A stretch of 30,391 nt of DNA, taken from the IMG/VR virus record IMGVR_UViG_3300045999_005524, positions 1-30,391 of that record, one strand, 5' to 3'. The notes under the pieces were generated by a model. It did not search any database. It was not told the origin of the DNA and was given only the letters and a program-made list of their open reading frames with translations. Each line of letters begins with the position of its first letter. The first letter of the stretch is position 1. Made by a program: the position numbers and the translations under genes. Of the stretch, positions 9,367-19,134 are shown one piece after another. Origin of the DNA: a virus. Lineage: Duplodnaviria > Caudoviricetes.

Positions 9367-11876
9367 TGCATTGATTTGGCCTTGCCAGTGATGAGGCCGA
9401 TCCACTCGCAAGTGCTGAACTTGCAAGGGAGGGCAGAAGCGTTGTGGATCTCCACCACGCAGTTGTCCCCTTTGCTGAGGACCGGGATGGTGAACACCCC
9501 CTCCTGATACCGCTTGTCCTCTGTCGCCTGGTCGAAGTTCCAGGCGTCTTGGCCCACAACGCTGTTGCGGCTGCCGAGGATGACGCCGCTGTACTTGTAA
9601 ACAGCAGTGCTGCGGCGCTCAGCCTTGACGTGCGCCTCGAAATAGCCGGTCTCGTGATACCGGAGCAGCGCTTTGCGCACCTGAGTGCGCAGGCTGTTGG
9701 CCGCGGTCTTGCCGTTGCCGATCTCTCGCATCGCCTTGAACCGCGTGAAGCGGTACTGGAAGTCGTAGACCTCGCCAAAGAAGATCGCCTTGGCGCTCCA
9801 GTTGCCACGCGCTGTGATCGTGCTGCCGCTGCTTGCTTCCCCGAGCAGCACGCCGCCATTGGCAGTCGAGAACGAGCTCCAAGCCTGCGTTTTGGATTTG
9901 ATCGTGTAGGGCAGCGTCCACGTCGTAATGCCCGTCGTGGCGTTGTAGGTGCCCGCCGCAACGCGAATCGCTGTCGGAGTGTCCGTGGTGGTGGACACCC
10001 AGCGATCGAGCAGCAATGGGGTGGGCTTGGTGGCGCTCTCTGCGGTTTGATCCGCAATCGGCATCTTCTCCAGCCAGACCTCCGTGCCGTACTGCACCAG
10101 CAGATAAAGCACTTCCTGGATAGCAAGCACCTGGAGCACCTTGTCGGCACCGCTCAGCTGCCAATGGCTCCAGCTGTTCTGCAGGCGCTCGACGCCGTTG
10201 CCCGTGTTTCGCAGGAAGAACTTTTGCGCGTAGATCCGATTGAGGTAGCCAGCCCGGTCGCTGATGGCGTACCAGCTGTTGCTGGTGTCATCGGCCGCGA
10301 TGCGGAACACCCCGCTCGGCACATAGGCCGCTACCTGCTGGGTCAGCTCAACCGCATCGGCCGCGATCGAGGTGCCGCTGCCGCGGATGCTGAACTCCCG
10401 GAACTTGGTCCAGTCGCCGGCCACCTGGGCGAAGACAATGCCGTTGCCGATCTGCGTTGGCCGGCAGCGGGTATCGATCTCGTACTGGGTCAGCGCGGTG
10501 ATCTGCGCCGTGGCTGAGGTCAATGTGGTGTCGTTGCTCGAAAGGCGGAACTGCGTCTGGTCCGAGAACAGAATCAGCTCGTCCTGGAACGGCACCGCGT
10601 AACGCAGCACGCTGACCCGTGTGCCGCTGGCCTTGATGTCGATCGGGTCAGTCGCCAGTGTTGTGGTGACGGTCTCCGGGAAGAACTCAAAGAACTCGCC
10701 GGGGCGACTCAGCACCACTGCTTCATCAGCCAGGATCCCCAGGCGGTTCTTGAAGACGAACAGATCCTGGATGCCCTTGCCGATGAAACTGGGATCGGGA
10801 GCGGTCACATAGTCGCCGCAGGTGCGATCGCCCCACTTCTTGAGGGTGACACCAGTGGCGATCGTCGAGCCGTCCATCGGCCCGAAGTAGAAGGTGTTGT
10901 CCGGCTTGCGCACTAAGACGTGCGGCATTGTGCCGGGCTTGATGCGGTACTCGACGCCCGGGGCGACAGTCTCGTTCCAGGAACCCTCGCCGAAAGTGCC
11001 CTGGCCAGAGCGCGGCTTGAACTCGACGTAGTAGCCGTCCCAGGCGTTGCCCGGGTCGCCAGTGATCTCGACCTGGTAGCCGACTGGCGCGATCGTCGGC
11101 AGCTCGGTGAACACCTGGACGCTGCTGGTAATCGCCGTGATGTCCGCGTTCGCCCTCGCGTCAGTCGCCTTGATCGTCATCGCGCTGCTGCTCTTGAAGT
11201 GCAGCACCGATCCGCTTCTCTCGATCGTGACGCCGCTAACTCCAGACAGTCCGGTCTTGATGCTCTCCGCGATTTCGGCCGCGCTGATCTTGGTCTCAGT
11301 CAGCGTGCTGCCCACCACGATCACGGCCGCCGTGGCGGTGGTCACATCCACCGTCGTTCCGTTCAGGGTGACGGTGTACTTCTGGCCGTAGTTGGCAGCC
11401 TTCACCCAAACCAACGCCTCATGGGTGGCAGGTCTGGCGGTCGCCGGGGCCAGCAAGGTGCTGTCCATGTCCGGCAGCGCCCTGGTGTTGGAAATGAAGG
11501 TGTAGTCGCCGATGGAGACGGCGCGGATGTCGCTCTTGGCGCTCACCACCGACGACAGGTAGGTGTATGCACCCGTCGCAGCGCTGACCGTGTACTCAGT
11601 GCCGGCCAGGTCGAAGACCCGAATGGCGGTCTTGCTGACCACGACCAGGTACTTCTCTGCGCTGTCGCGCAGCACCGAGTGGACGAAGACGTCGCCCAAG
11701 TCGGTGGTGCTGATCTTGGCCAGCGACTGCGTTGGCTCACGCTTCCTCAGGCCTTCCGAGATCGATGAGTAGCCATTGATCTGCAGCTCGCCCTGGGTCG
11801 GGTCACGCTGCGCATCGGGCTGCTGGCTGATCCCCTGGAACAGGTTGGGGATCGTGTAGGAGAAGAGTTCAGCCAA
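9363..11876 (-). CDS. Tail tubular protein B (T7 gp12-like nozzle)
   Basis: 837 aa. N-terminal IPNLFQGISQQPD, PSFIG...FKNRLG, NSWSHW. TTG start with GGAGG 8 nt upstream. Confidence 0.93.
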   Translation of the reverse strand: MAELFSYTIPNLFQGISQQPDAQRDPTQGELQINGYSSISEGLRKREPTQSLAKISTTDLGDVFVHSVLRDSAEKYLVVVSKTAIRVFDLAGTEYTVSAATGAYTYLSSVVSAKSDIRAVSIGDYTFISNTRALPDMDSTLLAPATARPATHEALVWVKAANYGQKYTVTLNGTTVDVTTATAAVIVVGSTLTETKISAAEIAESIKTGLSGVSGVTIERSGSVLHFKSSSAMTIKATDARANADITAITSSVQVFTELPTIAPVGYQVEITGDPGNAWDGYYVEFKPRSGQGTFGEGSWNETVAPGVEYRIKPGTMPHVLVRKPDNTFYFGPMDGSTIATGVTLKKWGDRTCGDYVTAPDPSFIGKGIQDLFVFKNRLGILADEAVVLSRPGEFFEFFPETVTTTLATDPIDIKASGTRVSVLRYAVPFQDELILFSDQTQFRLSSNDTTLTSATAQITALTQYEIDTRCRPTQIGNGIVFAQVAGDWTKFREFSIRGSGTSIAADAVELTQQVAAYVPSGVFRIAADDTSNSWYAISDRAGYLNRIYAQKFFLRNTGNGVERLQNSWSHWQLSGADKVLQVLAIQEVLYLLVQYGTEVWLEKMPIADQTAESATKPTPLLLDRWVSTTTDTPTAIRVAAGTYNATTGITTWTLPYTIKSKTQAWSSFSTANGGVLLGEASSGSTITARGNWSAKAIFFGEVYDFQYRFTRFKAMREIGNGKTAANSLRTQVRKALLRYHETGYFEAHVKAERRSTAVYKYSGVILGSRNSVVGQDAWNFDQATEDKRYQEGVFTIPVLSKGDNCVVEIHNASALPCKFSTCEWIGLITGKAKSMQ

Positions 11877-12531
11877 TGAGGTGCCCTCCCCCCGGTCCGC
11901 GCAACAGGCCGTAGCCCGGGCTGTAAGTCGGGAAGGGGCGCAGGCCAGGGCCGCCGGTCAGCAGGTTGTAGTGATCGTTCTCGGCCTCCATCCGCAGCAG
12001 CTCATTGAGCGCCGCCTGCTCGTCGATGGCCGTGTACTTGAACAGGGCGTCAGAGCTCAGGACGCGATCACTGAAGACGCGAGCGGATCGAATCGTGATC
12101 CAGCGGTTGAAAGGCTCGGGGCAGTCATCCCACGGCAGCAGGAACACCACATCAGCCAGCACCTGAGTGACGTCAGAGCCCAAGATCGAGGTGCGCTTCT
12201 CGCGGTCGTAAACCTTCTGCCCGCGCAGCTGAAAGCGCCCAGCCCACTGGTACGGATCAGGCGACCACCGCACCACGTTGGCCGGCACGGTGATCGTGTT
12301 GGTGGTGACGTCCTTGCTGAAGGGGTAGCCGGATTCGGTGTTCCACGCCCAGCCCCTGGACTGCCCTTCCTTGTGAAACTCGAGCAGCGTCCGCTCTGCA
12401 ATGCGGGCTTCTGCAACCTGTTCATTCTCGAGCGTTTCCACCGGCGCCTCGCCGATGTTCTCGAGCAGCACGTTGACGGCCTCGAGAAGGCTGGTCCGCC
12501 CTGGCGTCAGTGACTGGTTGGCGGTGCCCAT
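11869..12531 (-). CDS. Tail tubular protein A (T7 gp11-like)
   Basis: LEAVNVLLENIGEAPV, QSRGWAWNTE and LRGQKVYD motifs; follows the capsid gene. Confidence 0.93.
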   Translation of the reverse strand: MGTANQSLTPGRTSLLEAVNVLLENIGEAPVETLENEQVAEARIAERTLLEFHKEGQSRGWAWNTESGYPFSKDVTTNTITVPANVVRWSPDPYQWAGRFQLRGQKVYDREKRTSILGSDVTQVLADVVFLLPWDDCPEPFNRWITIRSARVFSDRVLSSDALFKYTAIDEQAALNELLRMEAENDHYNLLTGGPGLRPFPTYSPGYGLLRGPGGGHLIG

Positions 12532-12536
12532 TGGCT

Positions 12537-12550
12537 CTGCGGGGCCGTAG
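12537..12550. promoter_or_regulatory. 14-bp pseudo-palindrome upstream of tail tubular A
   Basis: CTGCG-GGGC-CGTAG, 5 nt from the ATG. -10-like TACAGT at 12561-12556. Confidence 0.7.
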
Positions 12551-12571
12551 ACCTAACTGTACGAGCCGCAC

Positions 12572-12599
12572 AAAAAAGGGGCCAGCCGTAGCCAGCCCC
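12572..12599 (-). terminator. Intrinsic terminator after the major capsid gene (T-phi-like position)
   Basis: - strand GGGGCUGGC-UACG-GCUGGCCCC-UUUUUU: 9-bp stem with two G-U pairs, cUACGg tetraloop, U6 tail. Confidence 0.88.
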
Positions 12600-12637
12600 A
12601 GGTGATTTCCACTCGACCACGAGGAGTCGAAGCGAGC

Positions 12638-13648
12638 TTAAGGGACGACGATCTTGTAGGCGGCCTCAGCGCGAAGCACGCCCATGCCGATGGCCTGGCG
12701 GGCCACCATCAGGGTCGCCTGCATCTGGACGTTCCAGTCGCCACTGGTGATCTGCAGAGAGGGGCTCATCAGGGTCACCACGCCGGCGGCTTCCTTGTTA
12801 AAGATCAGGCCGCGGCACTTCGACAGATCCTGCGCGTAGTCAGTGTTCTTGTCGCCGGTGACGTTGGTGTAAGCCGCCTGGGTGACGTGGTTCGACATCA
12901 GGATGGGGATGCCGGCCACCTGCAGGGTCTTGCCGCTGGCGATGGTGCCGTTGCCGCCACTGCCGCCGTTGAAGTCTGCGTTGATCGCGCGCGAAGATTG
13001 CGTGATGTAGTAATACTCCTCAGGGGAGAACACTGCATACATGCCATCAACGGGGACGTCCTTCTTGTCGAAGTTCACCCGTGCGGCGAAGATCGCATCC
13101 ACCAGCTCATCACCCTTGGCCTGGTTGGTGGCCGCGGCGTAGCCAGCGGAAAGGGTCTTGCCGGCGCCGATGCGACCGGCGTTGCCGGCTTTGCCCAGGG
13201 GCTCGGTGACATTGGAGGCGGCGGCGAACAGGATGCGAGCGACGCGCCGGTCAAATTCATACGCCAAGGCCCTGCCGAGCTCAGTTGTGTAGATCTGGCG
13301 CACGTCGTAGTACGCCATGAGCTCATCAATCTCTGCCACCGCGGCATCAGCGATCATCAGCGAGTCGAGCTCAATGATGCGCTCATTCAGGTCGGAAGGG
13401 TTGTTACCTTCACCAAGGATTGGCACCCCTGGTGTATGGTATCTTGCCGACATTTTCCCGGTGATCGGGAAGGCAATCGACTTTCCACCTTTGATATTGC
13501 GCTCGCGGGTCTTGCCCTTGAACACAGTGGTGCGCTCGAACGCGTCAAGAACCTCAGCGGCTCCAAGCTTTAAGAAAAGGGCGCGGTCGTCACCCGTGCC
13601 TTTGATTTGACCAAGCCGCTGAAGCGCGGCGTCGGGAGGGGTAGCCAT
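12638..13648 (-). CDS. Major capsid protein (T7 gp10-like)
   Basis: 336 aa. ALFLKLGAAEVLDAF, RNIKGGKSIAFPITG, YDVRQIYTTELGRALA and GMGVLRAEA motifs. Confidence 0.96.
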   Translation of the reverse strand: MATPPDAALQRLGQIKGTGDDRALFLKLGAAEVLDAFERTTVFKGKTRERNIKGGKSIAFPITGKMSARYHTPGVPILGEGNNPSDLNERIIELDSLMIADAAVAEIDELMAYYDVRQIYTTELGRALAYEFDRRVARILFAAASNVTEPLGKAGNAGRIGAGKTLSAGYAAATNQAKGDELVDAIFAARVNFDKKDVPVDGMYAVFSPEEYYYITQSSRAINADFNGGSGGNGTIASGKTLQVAGIPILMSNHVTQAAYTNVTGDKNTDYAQDLSKCRGLIFNKEAAGVVTLMSPSLQITSGDWNVQMQATLMVARQAIGMGVLRAEAAYKIVVP

Positions 13649-13724
13649 GGTGTTTCAAAGAAGAAGTGATCGGCTGACTTCTTCCCCTCTGCACCGGGTT
13701 GTCTCCCTAGGGAGGCCCGTTCAG

Positions 13725-13738
13725 TTACGGGGGTGTAG
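13725..13738. promoter_or_regulatory. 14-bp pseudo-palindrome upstream of the capsid gene
   Basis: TTACG-GGGG-TGTAG. Confidence 0.7.
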
Positions 13739-13760
13739 AACTTGCCTCCCCTGAGAGTAA

Positions 13761-14621
13761 CTAGAACACGTCAGAAGCGTCCAGCATCCGAATCACCTGC
13801 GCGCGGTAGGCCTCATCGACGTCGTACAAGCGCTGGCCCTTGGTATTCAGCTTGTTCATCGCCTCGAGGACTTGGGCTTTCGACTCGAATGTCTTGCCGG
13901 CTGATGGCGCGCGACCACTGCCCACCAGCTCTGGCTCCTTGAGCGTCGCCTGCTTGGGTGCGCTGCCCTGAGATGCCCGTGCCTGCATCGCCTTCAGCGC
14001 CCAGCGGATCGCCTCCTTGTTCCCGGCCGCGACTACTGCGTTGTATTCGTCGATCTCGTCCTGGGGGACGTTCTCTTTGACCCAGGCCGACAGCTGCTGG
14101 AACTGCTCCTCGCCGCCAACCAGGCTTTTGATCTCGGCCTGATCTTCAGCGCTGAGCTCAACGGATCCGGGCGCGGATTCGTAGCCGCCCTCGAGGTAAC
14201 GCTCGACGATGGAGCGGGGGATGCCAACGCCCTCGAGCTTGGCCATGAACGGCTCGACGTCCTGGCCTGCTTCAAAGGCGGCCGCCATTTCGTAGGGGTT
14301 GAACTCAGCCTCCTCGAACTTGCCGGCCAGGAACTCTCCGTACTCCTTGACGCCTTCTTCCTTGGTGTAAGCCTTGGGGGGCGAAGGCAAGGTCTCTGCG
14401 GGTTGGTCTTTGGGCTGGCCCAGTTTCCTTTCCAGCTCCTGATACGCCTTGGCCAGCTCCTCCTGGCTATTGAACTTGCCGAGGATCTTCTCGGGCTCGG
14501 CCTGTTCAGCGTCCCGTTCTGCCAGGAACTCCTCGAGCAGACCCTCCTGCCCGGGGGCGACCGGCGTTTCGTTAATGGCTTCAGCTGTGCTGAGGCTGTT
14601 GTCGACGGGTGCTTGGGTCAT
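13761..14621 (-). CDS. Capsid scaffolding protein (T7 gp9-like)
   Basis: Acidic. LGKFNSQEELAKAYQELERKLG, VGGEEQF and C-terminal YDVDEAYRAQV. Between portal and capsid. Confidence 0.92.
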   Translation of the reverse strand: MTQAPVDNSLSTAEAINETPVAPGQEGLLEEFLAERDAEQAEPEKILGKFNSQEELAKAYQELERKLGQPKDQPAETLPSPPKAYTKEEGVKEYGEFLAGKFEEAEFNPYEMAAAFEAGQDVEPFMAKLEGVGIPRSIVERYLEGGYESAPGSVELSAEDQAEIKSLVGGEEQFQQLSAWVKENVPQDEIDEYNAVVAAGNKEAIRWALKAMQARASQGSAPKQATLKEPELVGSGRAPSAGKTFESKAQVLEAMNKLNTKGQRLYDVDEAYRAQVIRMLDASDVF

Positions 14622-16234
14622 TGCGGTTCGGTGGGTTGGTCAGGGTTGGCCAGCTGCTGCTCGATGGCGGCGGCCTCGGCCTGTTTTTGCGGGTCGGCCA
14701 TGGGGGACGCCATGGCCTGCTGAGCAAGCGCCATCTGCTGGGCCTGCTGCTGCTCGGCGGCGACTTCCTCGTCGGTCTTGATCAGGCCAACGGTGTCGAC
14801 GCCCATGGAGGCGGCGAGTCGGCGGATCAACTCAGAGGGGTTGACCCGCATCGTCACCTCCTGCTGGCCAATGGCGTTGCCGAGCTCGGCGATGGTGCTG
14901 ACAAAGCGCACCACCCGCTCGAGGTCATTGCTGCGGCCAACGGCAGCCAGGCCAACGCTGACCACTGGGCGCACCAACTCCTTGGGCAGGGGCTGGAGCT
15001 TGCCCTGGCGGATCAGCAGATCCAGCTTGCGTGTGACGTATGGGGTCTGGAACTCGGTGGTGAGGATCGAATAGATCGAGCCAAGAGAGTTTTCGATCTG
15101 CAGCGCTTGGAGGCGGACCTCTTCTGCAGTGGTGCGCTCGCTGTCGCGCACGTCGGCGAGCATGAACGCTTGACTGAGCCGGGCCTCAACCCGGGCCAGG
15201 CCGGCCATGGCTACCTGCATGTCGCCAGCCTTCTGCACCTGCAGGGCCTGGACGTCGTTGATGTCGCCGACGACAAAGGCGCCGTTGGCTGCATCGGCCA
15301 GGGCCTTGGCCTTGGTGACGCCGTTGGGGCGCACGAGGAATCGGATGGCAGCGCTGGCCAGGGAGCCTTCGGCCACGGCCTGGCTCAGGGCTTCAGCCGT
15401 CTTGAGGTCAGCCAGCGCGGCTGACTCGACGTAGCCCACGCCATAGGGCTGGCCATCCACGCGCGACATGCGCAGTGGCATCCAGGGGTTCGACTCGATC
15501 GGGGCCTCGCCCTCGCTACCGGGGATCCGCTTGCCCTTGACCTCTTGGTACCACTCGACCTTGTCCTTCTCCCAGTGAACGCAGGTGTAGACCTTGACCG
15601 TCTTGTCGTACTCGCCGATCTCGTCGTAGTCGTCCTTAGCCAGGCGGCCGACAACGTCGTCCTCGTCCTCCTCGAGCAGCGCTTTGATCTCGGGCGGGAG
15701 CGTGTTCATCGCCAGCTCCTCGCACGTCACCACCTCCAGGGGATTGCCCATGGGGTCGCGCGAGCAGACGTAGCGGTTCAGGTGGTAAACCTTCAGCCCG
15801 TCTTTGCCGACGTAGAGCAGCACGTTGCCGCAGACAATCAGCCACAACAGGGCTTCGTGGAACGCGACCCGATCGTTGGTGCCCTCGATCGAGCGGAGCA
15901 CTTCCTGCTCCATCTTTGCCAGGGCCGAATCGAACTCTGACTTCTGCGAGGTGTCGATGCCCTGGCGGATCATCTCCATCTCGTTGAGCGTGAACCGAAA
16001 GAAGCTCTGCGTTGGAGGGAGAAGAGCCAAAAGCATCCGGCTCGCCAAATTGAGCACGCCCCGGGCGCCGATGCCATTCCACGGAAGGGGGAAGACTTCT
16101 TTGTTCCCCTTGGTGGGCTCGTTGCTGGATGGCACGAGGTAGGGGAGGGTCAGCCGCGCAGCCTCCCGTCCCCGCTCGAGGTGGTAGTTCCGATCGGACT
16201 CGAGGGCCCGGTAACGCTGCGCTGCAGTGGCCAT
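14618..16234 (-). CDS. Portal / head-to-tail connector (T7 gp8-like)
   Basis: 538 aa. GARGVLNLASRMLLALLPP, ERTTAEEVR and GLAAVGR motifs. Confidence 0.96.
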   Translation of the reverse strand: MATAAQRYRALESDRNYHLERGREAARLTLPYLVPSSNEPTKGNKEVFPLPWNGIGARGVLNLASRMLLALLPPTQSFFRFTLNEMEMIRQGIDTSQKSEFDSALAKMEQEVLRSIEGTNDRVAFHEALLWLIVCGNVLLYVGKDGLKVYHLNRYVCSRDPMGNPLEVVTCEELAMNTLPPEIKALLEEDEDDVVGRLAKDDYDEIGEYDKTVKVYTCVHWEKDKVEWYQEVKGKRIPGSEGEAPIESNPWMPLRMSRVDGQPYGVGYVESAALADLKTAEALSQAVAEGSLASAAIRFLVRPNGVTKAKALADAANGAFVVGDINDVQALQVQKAGDMQVAMAGLARVEARLSQAFMLADVRDSERTTAEEVRLQALQIENSLGSIYSILTTEFQTPYVTRKLDLLIRQGKLQPLPKELVRPVVSVGLAAVGRSNDLERVVRFVSTIAELGNAIGQQEVTMRVNPSELIRRLAASMGVDTVGLIKTDEEVAAEQQQAQQMALAQQAMASPMADPQKQAEAAAIEQQLANPDQPTEPQ

Positions 16235-16236
16235 GA

Positions 16237-17007
16237 TCAGACGGGGATGTTGAGGCCAGTGCCGGCCGTTGCGGTCTCAGTCGGCGAGATCGCCAACGAG
16301 GTGTTGAGGTTCTTGAGACGGCGGTTAATCGCCTGCGTCACCTGCGCGCCCTGGACCGGAGCGTTGGTGGTTGTCATGACCGCATAGGGGGCGGCCGAGA
16401 CCTGCTGCGGCTGCTGCATGTTGGCGGCCGACATCTGCGCCATCAGGTCGTTAATCATCCCCATGTAGAGGTTTTGATTGGCCTGGTTTTGGGCGGCTGC
16501 AGCATTGATCGCATCGATCATTGACTGGCTTCCGTCGTCGACGGAATTGGACCACTGCTGCGTCTGATTGGTGGCGTTAGGAGGAGGTGGCAGGCCCTGA
16601 TCATTAGGGCCATTCATCATTCCCTCGTAGGGGGAGAAGCTCTTGGGCTGAGCGCGGCCTGAGCCCATAAAGCTGTAGGTCGGCAGCGTCGTGGTGGAGT
16701 CCTGCCAGTTTTGCCCCTTCATCACTGGCCCCTGGCTCGTCTGTGAGCCGGTTACAGCCCAGCCAGAGCCAGGCTTTGGCGCTGGGGCCGTGGCCGCCGG
16801 CGTGTAGCTAATGACGCCTTTCTTGTTCTGATCAATGTTGTAAATCTGCTGCGCCTTCTGGCCGATCGTCGCGCCCTTCTTGGCTGCAACGGTCAGGGCC
16901 TTTGCCGTCGAAATGCCAGCGTTGTTGAGGTTCTTGATTTCTGAGGCGGTCAGCGTGTTGCTGCCCTGAAGGGCCCGCTGAATCTTTTTGTTGGCGTTCT
17001 TGGCCAT
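16237..17007 (-). CDS. Putative virion assembly protein (gp7.3-like position)
   Basis: 256 aa. Lys-rich N-terminus, Gln/Asn-rich middle, C-terminal GTGLNIPV; immediately before the portal gene. Confidence 0.6.
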   Translation of the reverse strand: MAKNANKKIQRALQGSNTLTASEIKNLNNAGISTAKALTVAAKKGATIGQKAQQIYNIDQNKKGVISYTPAATAPAPKPGSGWAVTGSQTSQGPVMKGQNWQDSTTTLPTYSFMGSGRAQPKSFSPYEGMMNGPNDQGLPPPPNATNQTQQWSNSVDDGSQSMIDAINAAAAQNQANQNLYMGMINDLMAQMSAANMQQPQQVSAAPYAVMTTTNAPVQGAQVTQAINRRLKNLNTSLAISPTETATAGTGLNIPV

Positions 17008-17018
17008 CGGTCGTGCTC

Positions 17019-17570
17019 CTAGATGGTGAGAGTGCTGGATGTGGTGCGGTCAATTCGCAGCGCCTGCCTGGTTTGGCCAGGCCTGTAGTTCTCGTCCCGA
17101 GACCGACCGACCACGGGACGATCGGCACTGGCCTCTGGTGGTGGCGCACCTTTCAGCAAGCTCTGCCGCATGGCGTCCTGCTGCAGCAGCTGCTGGTTGT
17201 CGGCCGCCATCTGCGACAGTTCCTTGAGCTGCGTCAGCGAGTCCTGCAGCCCCTGATTGGACAGGTTCAGCAGATCCTGCGCCAGGTTGAGCGGGTTGTT
17301 GGGTCTCAGCAGATCCTTGACCTGATCCCACATGAACTGGGTGTCGTTCTCTGCCTGGTTGGCGCGCTGGTCTTTGTATTTGGTCTTGACCGCCTTGCGC
17401 TGTTGCCTGGCATTGCGCAGCTTGTCCTTGTAGACGGCGGGGTCCATTTGACCCTTGCGTGCTTTCACCCGCTGGACCCGTTGCGTGGCCTGCCTGTACT
17501 GCTTGGTGCCCCGCAGTGGGTCAGTGATCCGGGCTGCCGGAGCACTCCCGCCGCCGCCTCCAACGCACAT
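17019..17570 (-). CDS. Putative virion protein (gp6.7-like position)
   Basis: MCVGGGGGS N-terminus, a pattern seen in T7-like pre-portal proteins. TGATG coupling to the upstream gene. Confidence 0.6.
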   Translation of the reverse strand: MCVGGGGGSAPAARITDPLRGTKQYRQATQRVQRVKARKGQMDPAVYKDKLRNARQQRKAVKTKYKDQRANQAENDTQFMWDQVKDLLRPNNPLNLAQDLLNLSNQGLQDSLTQLKELSQMAADNQQLLQQDAMRQSLLKGAPPPEASADRPVVGRSRDENYRPGQTRQALRIDRTTSSTLTI

Positions 17571-17761
17571 CAGCCCACCTCCAGATCAACACCTTTCTCG
17601 AATTGCTCCTGCATTGCAGTGATCAGGAAGCGGACCACGGAGGCCTGGCCGGAGCGGAACCAGACCTCCTTTTCGGTCCACTGCAGATCAGGCGCACGGT
17701 CCGGGAACTTCTGCGCCAATGCACTCACAAGGCGCTCAGAGATCGGAGGCAGCGCAACCAC
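17570..17761 (-). CDS. Small conserved phage protein (gp6.5-like position)
   Basis: 63 aa, GTG start. FPD...WFRSGQASVVRFL; first gene of the structural block. Confidence 0.65.
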   Translation of the reverse strand: MVALPPISERLVSALAQKFPDRAPDLQWTEKEVWFRSGQASVVRFLITAMQEQFEKGVDLEVG

Positions 17762-17774
17762 TACAGGCCTGCAG
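17761..17774. promoter_or_regulatory. 14-bp pseudo-palindrome at the start of the structural block
   Basis: CTACA-GGCC-TGCAG, overlapping the GTG start at 17761. Confidence 0.65.
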
Positions 17775-17780
17775 ATGTAG

Positions 17781-18524
17781 TCAGGCTACCGGCGGGCTCC
17801 ATAGCAGGGGAGTGCCGGTTTGCAAGTCATACTCACCAGGCCGAAGGATGCGAGCACACCTGGCTTGGGTGATCGCATAGTCCTCGCTGAGGTCCCTCTT
17901 GGCGTAGGCGGCGAGCACCGCCTGCCACATCTCCACCTCCGTAGAGCAACTGGCCAAGGCCCTCTCCGCTGTCACCGGGCCATAGCCGGGGCAGCCGGGG
18001 TAGTTGTCCGTCGCATCGCCAGTCAGCACCTGGGCGTAGAAGGTGCGATCAGCCTCGAGCCTGCTGGCGTGAATGATCTCGCCATTGCGCAGGTGCAGGC
18101 CGGGGATGGTGAGCAGGTCTTTGTCGATTGAGGCGATGATGTCGCCGTCTTCGTACAGCACGCCCAGCACGTCATCGCCTTCGATGTCGGGAAGGCGCGC
18201 AACCTCCCAGCCACGGGACTGCGCCGCCTTCTCAACCCACTCGACCAGCTGCCGGTAGCCAGCGGGGCGTCGGTATTTCTTGCGGCTGGCCTTGTACTGG
18301 GGCCACACGCCATAGCGAAAGGAGACACGATCCCCGAAGACCAGAACGGGCTGGTGATCGGGGGCGCCCTCACGGATCTCGGCGATCAACTCCTGGAAGT
18401 TGGCCTGGGCATCGGCGTGACGGCACAGGTAAGTCCAGTCGCCGTCATCCCACTCGGCCTCCCACTCCGCCGCGGTGGCGGAGCGGAACAGGTAGCACTC
18501 GGCGTCAGTCAGGAGCTTCTTCAC
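17781..18524 (-). CDS. 5'-3' exonuclease (T7 gp6-like)
   Basis: IEGDDVLG, SIDKDL and TGDATDNYPGCPGYG motifs of the FEN/5'-3' exonuclease family. Confidence 0.93.
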   Translation of the reverse strand: MKKLLTDAECYLFRSATAAEWEAEWDDGDWTYLCRHADAQANFQELIAEIREGAPDHQPVLVFGDRVSFRYGVWPQYKASRKKYRRPAGYRQLVEWVEKAAQSRGWEVARLPDIEGDDVLGVLYEDGDIIASIDKDLLTIPGLHLRNGEIIHASRLEADRTFYAQVLTGDATDNYPGCPGYGPVTAERALASCSTEVEMWQAVLAAYAKRDLSEDYAITQARCARILRPGEYDLQTGTPLLWSPPVA

Positions 18525-18670
18525 AGGCCAGCCTCTTTCATGTCGGCCTCAACCAACTCCTTCAGCCGCTCCTGGTAGAGCCCGGTGTAGGTGCTGCAGG
18601 TACGGCCTGACTGCTGATAAAGCCACTCGAGATACTCCTGGCGGCGCTGTTCGATCTTGGGGTCAGTCAT
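18521..18670 (-). CDS. Hypothetical protein, 49 aa
   Basis: MTDPKIEQRRQEYLEWLY...TYTGLYQ. Its stop overlaps the exonuclease start (GTGA). Below the ORF-track cutoff. Confidence 0.65.
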   Translation of the reverse strand: MTDPKIEQRRQEYLEWLYQQSGRTCSTYTGLYQERLKELVEADMKEAGL

Positions 18671-18688
18671 TGTGATTAGTGAAGGTGA

Positions 18689-18898
18689 CTACTGGGCTTC
18701 AAACTCGGCAGCGATGGCAAGCAAATCGTCAACGCAGATCCATCGCCGTGTTGCGTGGTCCGCTTCGCGGATTTCTTGAGAGTGGCAGTGATCCGCAGCA
18801 GCTCGCAGCGCGGCGGCAACTCGCTTGGATCCAACCAACGGTTTTTCGCAGTAGTACGCATCCAGCACGGTTTGTGCGGCAAGTGAAAGTTCAGACAT
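18689..18898 (-). CDS. Hypothetical protein, 69 aa
   Basis: MSELSLAAQTVLDAY...; fills the gap between neighbours and is visibly more AT-rich than they are. Confidence 0.6.
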   Translation of the reverse strand: MSELSLAAQTVLDAYYCEKPLVGSKRVAAALRAAADHCHSQEIREADHATRRWICVDDLLAIAAEFEAQ

Positions 18899-18912
18899 AG
18901 AAGTGGAAGCGA

Positions 18913-19134
18913 CTACTTGCTTTCGACAGGCTGCTCATCGGTGGTCTCGCGGATTAGCCGATCGGCCACCTCGTTGATGGCCAGGAAGCAGATGCGGGCC
19001 TGGCCCTCATCGGGCGCCCAGGTGCGGATGCGCTGGCTGATCTCATGCACCACCGCCTTCATGCGCCGGCGGTCATCGATGCTGTATTCACCTAGGCTCC
19101 AGTAGAGCTCGGTCAGTTCATTGAGAAGGGTCAT
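18913..19134 (-). CDS. Hypothetical protein, 73 aa
   Basis: ATGA-coupled to the upstream ORF; in operon orientation. Confidence 0.65.
   Translation of the reverse strand: MTLLNELTELYWSLGEYSIDDRRRMKAVVHEISQRIRTWAPDEGQARICFLAINEVADRLIRETTDEQPVESK

Noticed and set aside
12600-12650. Capsid C-terminal frameshift or read-through (gp10B-like)
   Set aside because: No XXXYYYZ slippery site, and a terminator follows within ~40 nt.
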